Positions 28,139 to 41,515 of a stretch of 64,000 bases of DNA are shown piece after piece. Numbering within the stretch: position 1 is the stretch's first letter; each line of letters starts with the position of its first letter. Origin of the DNA: Kudoa neothunni (lineage: Eukaryota > Animalia > Cnidaria); NCBI GenBank assembly GCA_964304625.1, contig OZ199838.1, forward strand, positions 1,901,927 to 1,965,926, given 5' to 3'. A program made the position numbers and the translations under genes. The notes under the pieces are model-generated. The model saw nothing but the letters and a program-made list of their open reading frames with translations, did no database searches and was not told the DNA's origin.

Positions 28139-29582
28139 ATGCTGACAACTTTGGTAGGCACATGTGACATTTAATTATGACTTCTAAATTGAAAATATAG
28201 ATCAGACTAGTTCTGGATGTAGTACTGGCGGCAGCCCTATGCGTGATGAATATACTCTTTTTGTTGAGTATATTCTCAAACGAATTTATTGGATATATTG
28301 ACAATGGCAATGTACATATTTCGGGATTGTTTGCTGGATGTGCCATCAACTCGGATTCCACCGTCTTTTGTTCGAATAGCTCTATTTTTCTTTACGATGG
28401 TAAAATTAATTGTATTTATAAAATTTCTAAAACCAATTATTTAGGCATGATAAGTAAATGATATATTATATTTTCTAGGTAGTTTTATTAAAATGTAGAT
28501 AGTTCAAGATATTATGAAGAAATCCAGCAAATGATAGGATTAGGTAGACCTCACTCTTTTATACATCGACTAATTTTATTTGTTGTAGTTCAAGGTCCAA
28601 GTCCTTGTAAAATTTAAATTAGATCCTAACCAGCATTAATTCTATTCATAGATTCCCAACACTTGTACGATCTCGAGAAACTACCTAGTGGTATCTCGAC
28701 ATTTCGTTACCTATGAATATCTTTAATCATAATTTAGATATTAATAGATTTGAAAAATTTGTAATTATTTCAGTCCAATTCATGAATAAAATGGTTGGAT
28801 GTAATAAATAATTTTGGTCGTTCTTAATTACTCAATTCTATTTTCACAGCTAAGCATCTTATTCCAGACTTATTCTATGATGTGAAAGTGCAAATAAAAG
28901 ATAAACGAATAATGGCAACATTATCATATTATTGGAAACAACTGGGTAGAACATTGAGAATGTGTTTTTCTGGTCGAACAGGTTTGTTGTTTATTGAAAT
29001 AAAAAAGTCAACCTTTCTCATCATTATTTTAGCTATAGAATCCTCGACGTATTTCTATCATGGTAAACCAATTTATGTAACACTTGATTCTCTATAGATT
29101 TCTCTTCTTATTTAGGTGGTTTCTTTGGGATTATTTCAATGGGACCCATTTCCAATATTTTGGGTATATCAAGTTCAACTCGTTTTCGTTAAAAACAAAT
29201 TTAGATGGTTCCCGAACCGTTATCTTTCTAAGACTTTGGGCATTTACATACCTGTTTATACTGGTTCAACTGAATATCATGGTTATTCTCGATATACTTG
29301 TAAATATCAACTACCTATATTTCCTTTTTATCATTACAATATGTAATTTTCAATGATTCTTCCTCACGTCGATAATTTTTTTTAGGTTTTTTCTGCGAAA
29401 TGTGTATAGTTTCCCTTATTTTGGCTTTGAGAGTTCAGATCAAAAAGTATCCATTTGGAGACAAGTTTTTCCTTGGAAACGGATTCATCCTCGCAATTTA
29501 CCATTGCTTGTTGATGGCTGGGATATTTCTGACAATATCCGCCATGGCTATTCTAAAAGATGGCGCAATTAGACGCAGATAA
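28139..29582 (+). CDS. claudin/PMP22-superfamily-like four-TM protein, paralog 2 (310 aa)
   Basis: 12 exons of 15,199,9,45,18,39,63,132,30,48,138,197 nt give an open 933-nt CDS; introns are 41-53 nt; clear paralog of 23900-25308. Confidence 0.78.
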
Positions 29583-29712
29583 TTTCTGTTGTAGGTTAAA
29601 TTTATTTTTTTTATAATTTCCTTATATTTGATAACTTTTTCCCTATTGCGCGTATCTCTTACTTGCTAGAGTACTGCCTTAGAAATTTTCAAAAATAATG
29701 TTACTTCTAACT

Positions 29713-30649
29713 TTAACCCTCTAATGATCCCAAAAACGATGAACGTGTACGTGTAATAGACTTTGGGGTAAATTCTACCCCCCCCCCCCCATTTTTTAAC
29801 TGTAACACTTTAAAAATTCTAATAATCAATATTGTAGAATAACATTTAATTCCTATGGATGAAACACTGGCAAATGCATATTACATTTTGACTTAATCCA
29901 CGTGATAATCAGCTTCGTTTACTATCCGTCTTGTGTCGGAACACATCGATGTGTCATTAAAAAGTTATTGTGTTAACGCAGCGGAATTGAATGTTTACCA
30001 ATTGAAATATTAAAGAAAAAAATATGAAAAATTATTGAAAATTATGAAAAGTTTTAAAATAATTGAAATGGACAATAAAACTTATTACAATTTTCGCACC
30101 ATTTAAAATTTAAAAGATTTTTTATCATTTTTCCTTCCACTATAATCACATGTTTCTCGCTTTACATTAAGAAGAGATTCCTGTTGGGATGCATAAACAA
30201 TGTTGAGACCTGTTTTTATTGCTTTGTTTGTGGAATTTGTTGTCAACATTGTTTTGTTTAATTGTTCAACGATTTCTTCAATAAAATAACGTATTTTGAT
30301 TTATTGGGAACATAAGATATCAACATATAAGTTTTACGGAGTACAAAAATGCTGCTACAAAAACTACTCGTACAAATTTCATTATGTTTAAATTAAAAAT
30401 TGTTTACATTTTTTAAATATTTTTAACACAAAAAAACATGGGATAAATTTCCCTCAAAGACCATTACAAGGTGAAATAAAAATTAAAACGTATACAATAA
30501 TTTCTCGCGAAACAATTTTTCATCAAACCAAAAAAAAAATTTTATTAGAAGAATAACTGGAATCTATTATTGGTTTACTGTATAAAAAGATATACCATTA
30601 ATAAAATCGTTTTGGTGTAACATTTCCCCAAAGACAATTAGTGGGTTAA
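29713..30649. mobile_element. non-autonomous piggyBac element
   Basis: TTAA-CCCTCTAATG...CAATTAGTGGG-TTAA; subterminal GGGGTAAATTCTACCCC-type palindromes. Confidence 0.8.
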
Positions 30650-30789
30650 ATTATAGAATTTTTAGTAAGTTATAAAAGTATTTTATATGTGCTTATATCT
30701 CTAAGTGGATTTTACAATAAAATTTGCATTTATATATCTCGATCATTTTAAAATCAATTTTTTTATCATTCGCACAATTAAAATTATTG

Positions 30790-30794
<5 letters not shown>

Positions 30795-30828
<34 letters not shown>
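30795..30828. repeat. (AT)n microsatellite
   Basis: About 17 AT units. Confidence 0.95.
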
Positions 30829-30832
<4 letters not shown>

Positions 30833-32088
30833 TTATATAGGTATGTATAAAACTGACATAAAAATGTTTGTAATATCGAATGATTTTTAATTTTGAGCTA
30901 CACTGGGTCTTAATTTATAAATGGCATGCCCGCTTGCATAAAGAGAATTTTTAATCTCACCAACTCTAACTTACAAGCCGGTTACAGATTTAATTTTTTA
31001 GAATCTTCTATATTTGATTATTTTCGGCCTCTAAGAATAGAGCGGTGGGTCAGAAATAATCAAATATAGTCAAAACTAATGCCACCTGAATGTTATTTAC
31101 CATGCCAATAGCCACTTCCTTTATAAATACATTTGACATTCACGTTAAAAAAAATTAGATTACATATTCTAAAATTTTTAGTCTTTGAAAATTAAAATAA
31201 AATATCACGCAGATCTCAAATGGGCTATGGGAGTTGGTTTTTGTCAATTTTATCGATTCTATCATTATTAATAGGTTGTAAAAACAAATTCATTTAATTT
31301 GCATATGTACATAATATTCATATGTCAATTTTCAAATCGACATTTCCTCGAACCTTCTTCAATTAAAATGAATTAGGTATTAGCAGTAAGCTGGATTGTA
31401 GGGATTTAGAATGGCCATGTGAAAAGCGCAACAAGTAAAATCGCTTCCTACCAACAATAAACCCACCCGACTTTATTTAAATATAATCTTGGTATCGTTT
31501 TTTGGTTTATTAACTTTACTTGACGGATGAATAGGTGACTCTATCTCGTATGATTACAATCATTCAGCTTAATAATACCAATTCAACTATTATTGGATTA
31601 AACAATACTGAGAGTTTATTGTACTAACATCATCGATCATCGTCTAGACTTTTAATGTATTTCTTTTAAATAGTTTGTGATGCAGGAAATTCTTGTATTA
31701 ATGAACCGAACCAACCAACTTAACATCAACTTAGAGATTAGTTCAATTTCTCTCGAACTTAATCGCATAACGAATATTAAATGGTTAATCTTGCAATGAT
31801 TATAAATGCGTTCGTTACATTGCTGTGGTAATAAGTTTGTGGATATTAGCATTAATCTTATTCGATCGATCGATCGATCCTATCAACTAAATTCATTTGT
31901 TATAGTGCTGTACGATCGCAATCCCAGATGAAACCTGCCTATTGTATCACATAACAACGTGACAGCTACTCTCAATAATACCCATCGATGCTGATCAAAA
32001 TAAGCATGCGCACATAAGTTGGTTAAATAAATTAGAGCTTTGTGACATCGTAATTCGTTTGCCCCTACAACTATTTCCCAGCCTTGAT

Positions 32089-32803
32089 ATGGCCACCGAT
32101 CAAGATAAGTTGAGCAAATTCTTTGCTAAACAAGACCGAAAAATTCAAGACAGTGGATACATTACCATCAACAAGATTGCAGATAAAAAACACTCGCGTA
32201 TACAGTCCGTCAAGATGGGATCCAATAGGGACAAAACCAATGATGAAGCTAACAAATCTGTATTTATTGTGGGGTGATGTTGTGACTGTTCTATGTGGAT
32301 GTTGTTTTAGGATGATGAATGGGGTCAAATTGATAACGAAATGAGCTCAAGTATTGGTTATCTACCTACACACACCGATCTTTCCATTTTTAAGTTGATC
32401 GACCATAAAAGAATTCAACAGCAACAACAAAAGTAATTAATTAGCTTTTCGTGATTTTGACCGTGCGTTGATCAACACATTATTTGTGGATTCAGGAAAC
32501 TACCACATAGTATCTCTGATGAAACAAAATATAAAGATGCCGACCACACTCAAAATAGTAAAGCTTTCTGTTTCCACCAAAATTATTTGTTGTTTAGGAG
32601 TTACAGCTCCGGTTTTTAATCTAAGTACCGTAAAATCTAAACCCGTTGCTGACAACGGTGGTAGTGCCCCTGTACAGTCTACTACTACACCACCAGAAAC
32701 AAAACCATACCAACCTGGTGATCTTTCGAGAAGAAAAGCCACCAAGCCTAATAGTTCCCTCTCGCAACTTCTGCTAGACGAAGCCGAATTTCCAACTCTA
32801 TAG
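32089..32803 (+). CDS. CDV3: CDV3-like protein
   Basis: N-terminal LSKFFAKQDRK (cf. LDDFFAKKDKK), internal DEW, C-terminal PYQP...DEAEFPTL* (cf. YRPP...DTQFPSL); short introns. Confidence 0.7.
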
Positions 32804-33180
32804 GAAGAACTTTGAGTCTTTAAATACTAGAAATAAACCAAACAACTCCTCTTAGTTTATGATAGTAGTGTTTGCTTCATAAATTTTTTTCTTATCTGTC
32901 ACTTGTTTAACTTTTTTCGCGTATAATCATTGAAACTTAATTCGAGTATCAGCTTATTTAATATTCTATTCTAAAGAATAATGTGTCTCTAAGTGTCCTA
33001 ATATTTATGGTGATTCTCTAACTCGATCTCATCCCAACTTTAGTCCAATGACTAGTAACTGATAGGATCTCACAGCCGTTTTTTTAAGTCCTAATTTGGT
33101 ATCGCAAATTTACTATATATGGCTTGAAAAATACAGTGATATTTATTTTTGGATATGTAGTTAAGTAGGTTGATACCCAT

Positions 33181-36029
33181 TTAGTTCGGGAGAATTATTC
33201 GCGGTGTCAATTCAGTACACTCCATTAACCCTCGGAAGCCAGAACTCAAAAACCTTAAGCGTGATGCGTGTTGCGTGTTGCGTATTCCGGTGGGAGTATT
33301 TCACTCACCCCAGAGATTCTCAATGTTGCTGCGCCTACTTGATAAGATTTATTATTTCAAATGGTTAACAATCAGTTAAATTTGAATAAAACGATATTGG
33401 ATGTAAAAATAATTAAACCATTTAGAAGAAAAATACAAGTGATTAATAATGAGTATTTCCATAAAAAAGGCACAACAAAACATTATACTAACCAGAAATA
33501 CAGATTATGTGATAAAATGGCTATTTGTAAATTTATAGAAAACTTGGTGTTAATTTTTAGTGAGTTTCTATCATTTTTTAGAAACAACCGGCGGCAGCAC
33601 CGTAATGAGATTACCCAGGGATATTAGTTAATCTTATCATTCTGCCGAGGATTAAATTAGCCGGGAAGCAATATGAAGCAATCAGTGTTAATAAACTAAC
33701 TTCAAATTTGTATTATTCCGATGTAAATTTATTTTAATATCAAAAATAATTTTTTTTAATAAAATTAACCAAAAGATTATAAATTTACAGGTTAACAACC
33801 ATTATATGTTATTATTTCTAAGTAAATTTTCAACAAAATTCCTAAAATAGTGTTTATAGTATAAACTGTGAGAAACTAATTATTGTTCATAGATACGACT
33901 AATTTCTAAATGTAACAAAATATGTTGTATTATACGATACAATAGTTTATCAATTCGGATTTAAATTGCAATGTGATCATTGCATAACACTTTTTTTAAC
34001 TCGATGTGACAGACATACAGGTTATTTGCATACACTGAAAAAAATTCTGGTCAATAGTTCTAGGGCAGTGGACACATCTTGAATGCGATCCTGTTGAAAT
34101 TTCGTTGTTCGATGTGGATAATTCATTATTTCCCACGTGGTTATTAAATACATCGAATACAAATTTGAGGTGTGCATGATAAACATTGGGTTTGATGAGT
34201 TCCGTCGCGAATTCACGGAGAAAATACTGCCTGCGACTTCGATCAGTTGATCGCCAATCTGGATTGTTTGACACCCAAATTATGTAAGCATTTAACGCTG
34301 ACATGACAATCAGGTCCATAAACATTCTTAAGGGCCATCTTCTTGTTGTTCGCGAACAGGTATAGAGTTGGGTCATCCGGTCACCATTATCAACACCTCC
34401 CTCGTCCTATTGTAATGAACAATAATTTCTGGCAGTCTTCTTTCTGATTGTTCAACCGAGCTATCGTGAAAGTCCGTGGATAACAGAAAAACATTACGAT
34501 TCTTCTTTGGAACATACGACACAATTGTCAAGTCGTCACAGAAATAAAAATTTGGGGCGAGTTCATCGCGATTAGCGTTGTTTCGGAGGATTTCAGGAAT
34601 ATATCTGTTATTTTTTCTTAGTGTCCCAGTCCAAGTTATATTTCTCTCCAATAAAAATAACGTCAAAGGAACGGAGGTGAACAAGTTTCGATAGTCAATC
34701 CTCGTCCACTACCACAAAACGGACTCATGAGATCCTTGACAACCCTTTCACTTTGCTTACTTCCTTTGACGTTTCCGATGTTTCCGGTGTATGGTTGAAC
34801 GTTCAGCAGATATGTCGTATTAGCGTCAGCGAAAACCTACCATTCGCTCATCAATCGTTATATGCGTACCAAGCGAACAGTTTTTTTAATGCTTCGTTAA
34901 TTTGTTCCAAAATATCACGGATCGGTTCAAATTTATCTCGAGAAGCATAAAACCTTGATGCTCTTGTTGACCTGTCACCGAAACGGATGGTTCGGTAAAT
35001 AAGACTGAATTTATCTCTCGATATCGCGGCTGAAAAGAATGCTCGCTTAAATAACGGGTTCATTTCCCGAATGTTTCTCAGTGATACTCTAGATCCATTA
35101 CCACGTCCAGCTGAAATCAAAACACCCAGAAAAGCCATCAATTCCTCCATTGTTATTGCATTGGTGCTATTATAGCGATCAATGGATTGCCGAAACTTAT
35201 TCGTATAGAATAATATTTTTTCAAATACAAAATTAAAAAAAAATAGCATGAATGATGACAAAATATCCGAGATATTGCTTGCGTCCCTGATAGGGTCAGA
35301 ATTAACATTAACAAAATTGTGGAAACTGGTGCGTTTTTTGGATTTTAGACCACACTCCCACTGAAATCCTGATTTAGACGTCGATATTTCAATTAGGTTC
35401 CCATCATTGTCATTATTACTCATTTTTTGATTCTCCGAGTCCTCAGGATATTCCCTACAATCCTCATAAAATGATTCATCTGATAAATGACCTTCAAAAT
35501 CTACGTCACTATCAACAAATGCTTCTTTACCAACAAAATCGTTGATGAGATCATCTGAATTATCTTCGTAGGGCATTTTTTCTATAGAAATATTAAGTTT
35601 ATGCAAAATTGTTCGTAAATTGGCATACACTTACAAAACTGAATGACGAAAACGTGATTGGCGCGACTTTCTGGATCATCACATATTTATACGATAATCC
35701 GTCGGTGACAATTAAGGACTTACTGTTATTGGGCTCATTCGTCTTCTATTTATACTCCAAAATCTTTTTTGACGTTTTTTTTATTTGTTTATAATAAAAA
35801 TAGCATTAGAAAGTATTATTAACGCGAAAATAACTCCAAATTTAAAGATGCCTTGTCTACGTTTAATTTAAAGGATATAAACAACATTTTCTAATATATA
35901 CGAAGCATTAATTATGTTGGAAGATTACGTGGAGCCAAATAAGGTTCTTTAGAAATTTTAAGAGGAAAATTTCAACAAAAACATACATTGGGGTGTACGA
36001 ATTACCCCGCTCCGTCCCGGAAAGGTTAA
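33181..36029 (-). mobile_element. decayed piggyBac transposon (PGBD4-like transposase pseudogene at 33996-35630)
   Basis: Fragments ELMAFLG, SRDKFEPIRDI, FTSVPL...WTGTLRKN, RRWPLRMF. Right end CCGGAAAGG-TTAA at 36029. Subterminal GGGGTGTACGAATTACCCCGC is mirrored imperfectly at 33201-33223; left end is degenerate. Confidence 0.85.
33225..33655. mobile_element. piggyBac MITE nested in the larger piggyBac element
   Basis: TTAA-CCCTCGGAAG...CTGCCGAGGA-TTAA. Confidence 0.75.
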
Positions 36030-37173
36030 AGTTTAAACAGTGATTTTTTGTAAAAGGTACGAATTTCAGCGACAACTCCCAATCTCATGTATAAGAATTG
36101 CGGCACTTTTGCTATTCTATATGCGACTTTAGACAAAAAAATACATTTTATAAGTTCAGATACTAAAAATTAAAATAAATATATTTATTTTTGATTATAT
36201 AAAATAATTTCAAAATCCACTTTTTAAGATTTCGTTGATTACTATAGTTTGTATTTTGTATCATATCTAAATTAACAGTGCAGGATTTGGTTGGGGAAAA
36301 GTATATAGTTATAAGACATCAAGATTGAAAATTGAACAATACTAAATTTTTTTTGTGTTAAAATGTTTACACGAATTCCGTGATAGGATTTGATCTGCTG
36401 TATAAAAACATAACGAAAAATTCTAAAAACTAAAAGACTTATTTTAATATTACAAGCAAGAACCATATCCATAAATTTCTTTTTTTATACTTGGAAAATT
36501 TAACGTCAATATATAGAGCACTTAAACTCATTTGTTGGTTGGATAGGTTTGCGAAAAAATAATATAAGTTGTTTTAAGTAAGAGACGTTCCAAAATATGC
36601 AGATAATATGGATTTTTTAGGTTTTTGTAAACAAAAGGAGATTACACGTGAGCACGATATCGCTCGAATGTGTTTTTATCAATTTTCTTTCTTTATTTTT
36701 AAAATAATGACGTTGAATTTGGTTCCATTGGATTATTTTACGTTATTAGACCATGAAAAATGTTTGTAGATAAATTTCAATAATTGCAATTAATTGAGAT
36801 AATTGATAGTGTCATATTGAAATTAAAAATAATTTATTGCGAGACTAATGATTGATTTTATGTAAAAATCAATTATTTCCAGGCCATGTCAATAGGACTG
36901 CTTTTAATCGACGTACATATCCCTCGTGTTAAAGTGCTACATATCGTTAAAGAAAAAATTTTGTTCACTCATTTTGTAAATTAACGTTGATTATTAATAT
37001 ATTTTTGCATTTTAACAGACGAAAATTGTTCAGACTAACAAAATAACTATGAATTCATAATTTATAACGACTAAAAATCAAAAAGTAATAATTTCTTCAA
37101 AACAAAATTATCGAAAATTATTTTCAATTTTGTTCGGATCTCGCATCCCCTGAGACCAAAGTTCGCACCTCCA

Positions 37174-37187
37174 GTTGGGAACCCCTG
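37174..37187. mobile_element. isolated hAT TIR
   Basis: GTTGGGAACCCCTG followed by ctctaagt (TCTAGA-like target); same TIR family as 5264 and 26248. Confidence 0.6.
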
Positions 37188-37189
37188 CT

Positions 37190-37430
37190 CTAAGTGATCT
37201 AGGTTATATTCACGAAATTGTAATCCATGAAAAAGAGTTCGTGTCGTCTGAAGGTTCCCATACCAACCGAATCGAAGGTACACTGAGCGCGTTCAAACGC
37301 AAATCTCGAAGAATCACCAATAAACAAAATTCGATGATATCATCGTATAAACTGAGTGGTGGTGCTTCAGAAGAATTCATACGACCGTAGTATTCGAACA
37401 GATTATTGATGTTATAGATTTAATTTATAA
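37190..37430 (+). pseudogene. Merlin/IS1016 (ISXO2-like) transposase relic
   Basis: LSDLGYIHEIVIHEKEFVSSEGSHTNRIEGTLSAFKR matches the GY.H..V.H...FV...G.HTN.IEG motif. Confidence 0.8.
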
Positions 37431-37847
37431 TTTTTATTAAAAATGTTGCAATTATTCGTAAAATAATAAGTTGTGCTGCTCGGGTGTTTCAGTATTCGAA
37501 TTAAGAAGACGGTAGGGGACATTCTAAACTTTAAACTTCTGCATGTATTAAAGGCAAACAAATACCACTTAATTAATCAATACACCGTAAAATTTAAATA
37601 TGGCATAATGCTCCACAGGATGTACTTCGCCGACCACTGACCTAATTTGTGTGAACCTAATATCCAAAGGGATCACAGGTTATATTTAACGACACCTAAC
37701 GAGGGTACCAAGAAATATGATGTTCAGATTATTGAAGATTAATTTTCACAATAGTTATTGATTATTACAATAGTTTGACGATAGACTTCTCCCAAAGTGT
37801 TCCAATCGTTTTTTGACCATTTTTCAATTGGATTCGTTGAAAAAAAT

Positions 37848-37950
37848 CTGGGGTCTTTTTACCCTAAAGTCCGTTAAAGGATAAATTTTTTTCTTGGTCA
37901 CTTTAAATTATTTTGAGGTAAAATCAACCCCAAGTCCTTTAGAGGGTTAA
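37848..37950. mobile_element. orphan piggyBac terminus
   Basis: ACCCCAAGTCCTTTAGAGGG-TTAA is nearly the reverse complement of the TIR at 60932. Confidence 0.75.
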
Positions 37951-39698
37951 ACATAAAATTTTGAAGTTTTCTTAATAACACAGTCATTTTAAAAGTTAAA
38001 TTATATTACTTTAGCCGATGTTTTTTTTATTTGTATAGTGTAGTAATATATAGCTATAGCTATTTTAGATATACAAGTGCTGATTCATTACTGTAACCTC
38101 GCCTGAATTGTAAAGGCTTTTAATTTTATTTTTAAACATCTCATCAGACTATAATACTAAGAATTTTAAAATTTCTACGCAAATTTTTAGCTTAATTATT
38201 TATCAACTGAGAATTTTCTCAAAACTATAAATAAACAATAAATGCTCTGGAATTGCACGCAGGGAGGAGGGAAATGCTAATTTTTCTAAGCGTGATAAGG
38301 CAGTCGAAGTATAAAATAGTGACTTTATGAATTATTTTAGTCATCATTTTGAAAATAATAACAAAAAATATTATAATTTTCTTGGCTTAATTATATAAGA
38401 AGAAAATAGTTATAGATCAGAATATAAAATAATTCAGCCATCTTTATATTTTATTACCAGCAAATGGATGTGGTTATCAGTTAAGTTATTCTTCCACATT
38501 TATTTATTCTTTTGTTCAACGAAATGTGGATCAAATTTTTGGTAAAATATTAGCTTCAGAAGTTTCTAAAAACAATTCTGATGTTTTATCAATTAAATAG
38601 TAACCATTATTTTTACCAAGATTCAATGACGAGACATTACACGAGCTAGCAAGACAACATCTGTAAACTGTTTAACGTGTTAATTGAGTATTAAAACGAT
38701 ACTGTAAGAAAATAATTTAAATTCCAACAATATTTTAGTAAATATATTCAGAAAAGACAAAATATTCCACATCTGTCAACTTGAATTCTGATATACACCA
38801 TCAATTAGAAGAATGAACAAAATAAAGCACGATAAAGGAACAGAAATAAGAGCGCATAAAAATAGAAGCTTTAACCACATAAATTTTATCTTAAAATTCG
38901 CGTTCATGCTCAAAAAACAATAATTGTGTAGGTAATTATGGCAAAAGCCATTAGGATATAAACGTTCGATTTATAATATTTTCATGAGATATTAAGGTAA
39001 CTCGGAATTTATGTATTTTAAATAACGTCAAGTTCTGTTTTATTTGATTACGTAAACCACATTGAAATACACGTTTGAATTCAAACTAGGGTTGCTTCCA
39101 AGTGAAAACCAATCAAGAATTAACGAATATTATTATGCTGTTAGTTATAATAAGAGTAGAATTAAAAAATAAATTGTTTCTCGTTAAAATTAAACACTAT
39201 AAAATTAGGGCTATAACACGAAATAGAAGATGAAGCTGAAAGATTATTTCATTCTAAATAGGACTTTTGTTTGGGGTACACCTGGAGAATTAAAGGGTGG
39301 CAACTTTCGGCTTATATTTATTGATAATTTGGAGAAATAGGCGTGGAACTTGAGTGATTTTTTCCCACTGATAAAAAAGCAACAAGGCTAATTATTTGTT
39401 AAACAGGGTACCTTAAAGATTATGACACAGCATTTATTTCTCAGCAATTAATCTTCTTAGAGTATAGAAACTCAGGTTATAACAATTTTGTAACTCCTAA
39501 TTATGTTTCATATAAAGACAATGAAGTGAAATAATTCCTATTTAGACCCACATAAATTACAAAACTAATTTGACATTTCAGAGAACAATCAAATACAGGA
39601 TAAATTAATAGCTTACGTAATGCGTGAAATTCCTATAAAGGATCAAACTTCGATAACAAAAGAATCGTCGTTAATACCTCGTGTTTGGCAGTTTTGTG

Positions 39699-40991
39699 AT
39701 GGCTGATATTATCAAGAGTGTTCACGCAAGAAGAATTTTCGACAGCAGAGGTAACCCCACCGTAGAAGTTGAGGTTACCACCGGAAAGGGCATGTTCCGG
39801 GCTGCCGTTCCATCTGGTGCCAGCACTGGTATTTATGAAGCCGTCGAGCTTAGAGATGGTGGTTCCAAGTGTATGGGAAAAGATGTCTCCAAAGCTGTTG
39901 CCAACGTTAACACCATTATTGCCCCCAAGATTGTAGGCATGAGCGTCTCTGATCAAGCTGCTCTTGACAAGCTAATGTGTGAGCAATTGGATGGTACCAA
40001 GAACAAGGGAAAACTCGGAGCCAACGCCATTCTCGGAGTGTCGATGGCTGTTTGCCGTGCTGCAGCTGCCGCCAAAGATCTTCCTCTCTACGAATACATC
40101 GCTGAACTTTCCGGATCCAAACCTATGCTTCCAGTTCCATCATTCAACGTTATCAATGGTGGTAGTCACGCTGGAAACAAATTGGCTTTCCAAGAGTTCA
40201 TGATCATGCCTACTGGTGCCACCTCTTTCACCGAAGCAATGAACATGGGATCCGAAGTTTACCACAATCTCAAATCTCTTATCAAAAAGAAGTATGGTAT
40301 TGATGCCACCAATGTCGGTGATGAGGGTGGTTTTGCTCCAAACATCCAAGAGAACGGTGAGGGAGTCATTCTACTTATTGACGCCATCAAGCAAGCTGGT
40401 TATGAAGGTAAAGTTAAAATTGCCATGGATGTTGCCGCTTCCGAATTCTACAAGGATGGTAAATACGACCTTGACTTCAAATCGGCCAACTCCACCAGTG
40501 TCATCACCCCCGATCAACTTTCTGACATGTACGTCGAACTTATAAACAAATACCCCATTGTCAGTATTGAAGATCCATTCGATCAAGACGATTGGGAATC
40601 ATGGATTAAACTTACCGCTCGCGTCAGTGCTCAAGTTGTTGGTGATGATCTCACTGTCACCAACACCGAAAGAATTTCCACCGCGGTTGAGAAGAAAGCC
40701 TGTAATTGTCTCCTTCTTAAAGTCAACCAAATTGGTTCAGTTACCGAAGCTATTGCCTCTGCTCAGTTGGCTCGCAAAAATGGTTGGGGTATCATGGTCT
40801 CCCACAGAAGTGGCGAAACCGAGGACACTTTCATTGCTGATCTCGTTGTTGGTCTTGGTTGTGGTCAAATCAAAACTGGAGCTCCATGCAGATCCGAAAG
40901 ACTCGCCAAATACAACCAAATTCTCAGAATTGAAGAAGCTATGAAGGACAAAGCCATCTATGTTGGTGAAAACTTCAGAAAACCTCAGTAA
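39699..40991 (+). CDS. ENO: enolase (intronless)
   Basis: [70 protein letters not shown]; true ATG at 39699. Confidence 0.99.
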   Translation: MADIIKSVHARRIFDSRGNPTVEVEVTTGKGMFRAAVPSGASTGIYEAVELRDGGSKCMGKDVSKAVANVNTIIAPKIVGMSVSDQAALDKLMCEQLDGTKNKGKLGANAILGVSMAVCRAAAAAKDLPLYEYIAELSGSKPMLPVPSFNVINGGSHAGNKLAFQEFMIMPTGATSFTEAMNMGSEVYHNLKSLIKKKYGIDATNVGDEGGFAPNIQENGEGVILLIDAIKQAGYEGKVKIAMDVAASEFYKDGKYDLDFKSANSTSVITPDQLSDMYVELINKYPIVSIEDPFDQDDWESWIKLTARVSAQVVGDDLTVTNTERISTAVEKKACNCLLLKVNQIGSVTEAIASAQLARKNGWGIMVSHRSGETEDTFIADLVVGLGCGQIKTGAPCRSERLAKYNQILRIEEAMKDKAIYVGENFRKPQ

Positions 40992-41515
40992 TCGGCATCT
41001 CAATGACGCCTTGCTGGGAATAGAGTTTCCGTTAGTTTCTTTCCATTATGAATTGCATATTAATTAGTATAATTTATGTTTGCAAGGCTCTTTATTTGTT
41101 ATTTTATTTGCGCTTCTAATGATATTTCGCAATTTTTCATTATTTAAGCGAGGTATTCTATCTACTATAGAATTATGAGTTATATTTATTTTGAAGAAGC
41201 TCTAAGATTTCAATCGCTCCTAATGATTAGATTATGTTAATTTCAACTACGGAGAAATTTTTCGTTGAGTTCCCTCATCAAATTTCCACGCTCTAAAAGT
41301 TATATTACTATTATTCAACCTACATTGACTCCAATAATCACAAATGTGGCAGATGAGCTTTAACTGAGTTTTTCGAAATAAATAGAATGTTTTTGAAAAA
41401 ATATTACATGAAAGTTAGGTAGATGACAAAGCGAAATCTTCAATGAAAATAATAGATATAAAAGTGATATTTTGCGAGACGTCTCAAAGAAAACACAAAA
41501 ATACATAAAAACAGA

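Noticed and set aside
39633-41003. Antisense and alternate-frame ORFs over enolase
   Set aside because: Shadow ORFs caused by biased codon usage.
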